Source of the DNA: an uncultured Candidatus Saccharibacteria bacterium
GTDB lineage: Bacteria > Patescibacteriota > Saccharimonadia > Saccharimonadales > AWTP1-31
Length of the DNA: 64,000 nt
Assembly (NCBI GenBank): GCA_937903325.1
Contig: CALCZR010000060.1
Location: forward strand, 18,404 to 82,403
Reading direction: 5' to 3'
Translations under genes and position numbers: made by a program
The notes under the pieces: model-generated
What the model saw: only the letters and a program-made list of their open reading frames with translations
What the model was told of the DNA's origin: nothing
Databases searched by the model: none
In this document: positions 63,401 to 64,000 of the stretch, piece by piece
Layout: each line of letters opens with the position of its first letter
How positions within the stretch are numbered: the stretch's first letter is position 1

Positions 63401-64000
63401 TGCCGAAATTCCTGTAGCTCTGTATGCGGTTATTGCCACAATCGGCTATATATACTCGATCTTGATTAGCACTGTATGGCCCAAAGACAATGGCTGTTAT
63501 ACCGTCAAACTGGTCTTCACCACTCCCAGTACTACCAATGCTTTGTATAAAGCTACCTTGGCTATCAAACTGCTGGATACGGTTCGTGGCATCTGCTACG
63601 AAGACATTATCTTGACCATCTATGCCAATAGCGCTGATACCGTTGAACTGACCGTTGCCCGTCCCACTGGTACCCCACTGCAAAATGTAAGTCCCCGTTG
63701 CACTGAACTTCTGTATTCTACTATTTCCCATGTCTGCCACATAGACGTTACCATTGGAGTCAATAGCCATACGACTTGCCCCATTAAACTGGCCATTACC
63801 TGTCCCACTGCTTCCAAAGCTACTAGCATGTGTTGGGGTCTGACCGAGAGCACCGCTCCCTATCCGCTCACCATAACTGTTAGTAGCTCCGTACTCAAAA
63901 TACGTCTCGCCTATTGAGTACCCAATGTCTCCCGTTACTGAGCCATTGAGCGTAGACCCGTCATCGGTTATATCGCTCGCAGAAGTTGTTTGTGTTGTTG
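60456..64000 (-). CDS. Very large sensor histidine kinase with an extracytoplasmic NHL-repeat beta-propeller and FN3/Ig-like modules; N-terminus lies outside the window
   Basis: The track lists 1104 aa from the Met at 63770, but the frame stays open to 64000 by my translation. NHL blades match V[YF]VAD..N.RIQ.[FY]. The H-box is FLEIITHYLNTPL. The ATPase boxes are NAIEYS, DNGPGL, IFEPLQRG and GLGLGL. Confidence 0.85.
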   Translation of the reverse strand, partial: TTQTTSASDITDDGSTLNGSVTGDIGYSIGETYFEYGATNSYGERIGSGALGQTPTHASSFGSSGTGNGQFNGASRMAIDSNGNVYVADMGNSRIQKFSATGTYILQWGTSGTGNGQFNGISAIGIDGQDNVFVADATNRIQQFDSQGSFIQSIGSTGSGEDQFDGITAIVFGPYSANQDRVYIADCGNNRIQSYRNFGNVLDLNDSDAGYYKRQSFGSIGSAGTGDGQFNCPKSITINNGSVYVLDSGNSRVQVLNDSGSFLESYTIDDQQLVTPIGLAHGMGTIFMGDTASPKLQRLEGEGAGLGVVASWGSAGSGPGQFGQISDVISNAKGDVLYVADSSLNRIQRFTVSTNVGSFSEAIKELTCNTTYHYQFFSRTRYESLINSPGTGGDDQTFTTATCPPPPTLTVQTNSAGSVSLDGATLSGQITDIGQGNVTSVGFDYGTTTSYGQYVSASNGPYGTTSFDLELSQLECGTTYHYQAWANNDQGKVTGSDHQFTTSVCPIFDLSLSQRLLTTPPITAGKEISFRVTIKNLGPDVWGSDSTLIVTLPAGVTYQSVSSPFQCVDTRTMVPDGETYEDSYYGRHYPGHTTVLCSGATSQYEVASQGVFEVDVTGTATQAFVSGTSLNRALIVENDNYERPIIDFQSVFQQDGDFWTVNTNNISRWTYSYTPGTTPPVEPPTPPIQPPMKPTATPPTTITTTPPTVAEAFTPEAIQKLQAGGVLDRLPGKTATVSTSRASARLFSGFFMSLLLLLALAYAVQAWREYRFARNAQRAIAAAKRRASMTQQFLEIITHYLNTPLAILQGAHELMTSKHTFDGTFLTSFGLKLTALRTTVQGFEGSVEASLVQGGQSSFADSDQKLLQIARTLWTSLLGIAVAIASIDLALLLTGAYEKRGGRLVNSILLAIFSALLIGVLYVYHKRSKVLHTDIDQELVNTRMLAKQKEELLLSVAPSLQHHTDQLTQGTEGMAQFADAHLLVNGLNILQKLTQELTSYHRLTQTDPAGSVDVANYYKQSIEPAVQALAQEKGSILQSAVSGGLHVPLRSDQLDYILSATIGNAIEYSPSGSKVVVQAQNRGNKTNIEVTDNGPGLNPEALKGIFEPLQRGTDTQTFDHQGLGLGLFVVKHIIEQCGGTIVIDSKIGAGTAIKIRLPQFQGEVGNHNGYLIKPSIQSLN

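Noticed and set aside
1-64000. CRISPR arrays, tRNA or rRNA genes, IS elements, tandem DNA repeats
   Set aside because: I scanned all intergenic regions longer than 40 nt. I found no regularly spaced repeats, no tRNA T-loop or acceptor pattern other than the tmRNA, no transposase or integrase ORF and no terminal inverted repeats. Repetition inside the kinase gene is protein-domain repetition (NHL, FN3), not DNA-identical repeats.

Overview
This is a 64-kb stretch of a compact bacterial chromosome, roughly 50% GC by eye. It uses the standard genetic code; TGA serves as a stop in dedA and pyk. I count about 66 protein genes. About 80% are on the minus strand, packed tightly with many 1-14 nt overlaps.

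Recognisable content:
- DNA repair and recombination: uvrC (partial), uvrA, sbcB, pcrA, ruvX, and a phage-type endonuclease VII.
- Translation: alaS, metG, mnmA, trhO, rsmA, rplY, obg.
- Lower glycolysis: a pyk-pgk-tpiA block.
- Cell envelope: a LysM-CHAP hydrolase, mltG, a yabE-like DUF348/G5 protein, and ftsA.
- Export: a heterodimeric ABC pair and a marR-MFS-MFS operon.
- Glycan use: a cytoplasmic GH37 trehalase, plus secreted GH5 and DUF1996 proteins.
- Nucleotide house-cleaning: two NUDIX genes, a MazG gene and a PRT-like gene.
- About 20 orphan ORFs.

The only RNA gene I can support is a tmRNA (ssrA, minus strand, 41828-42207). The ORF track cannot show it. I found no rRNA, tRNA, CRISPR array, transposase or integrase.

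Three observations suggest a reduced-genome Gram-positive-type lineage such as Saccharibacteria/CPR. These are Firmicute-like microsynteny (metG..tatD, yabE-like..ksgA, alaS..ruvX-mltG), an AlaRS without the C-Ala domain, and almost no biosynthetic genes. This is inference only; no search was run.

Observations I rate highest:
1. A sensor histidine kinase of more than 1180 aa with an NHL-propeller/FN3 exterior. A TM hairpin separates its H-box from its ATPase, and a bare XRE HTH follows it instead of a response regulator.
2. An adjacent module of a membrane-anchored Mrr-like nuclease, a small acidic protein and that XRE gene.
3. A window-wide pattern of -10 hexamers ending 6-8 nt before start codons, implying leaderless mRNAs. 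The same geometry exposes two unlisted small ORFs.
4. A shared N-terminal module on two secreted proteins.
5. An endonuclease VII gene sitting where Bacillus has rnmV.
6. Detached ATP-synthase b/delta-like genes next to an orphan toxin-like PD-(D/E)xK nuclease.

All motif coordinates were counted by hand and should be re-derived computationally.
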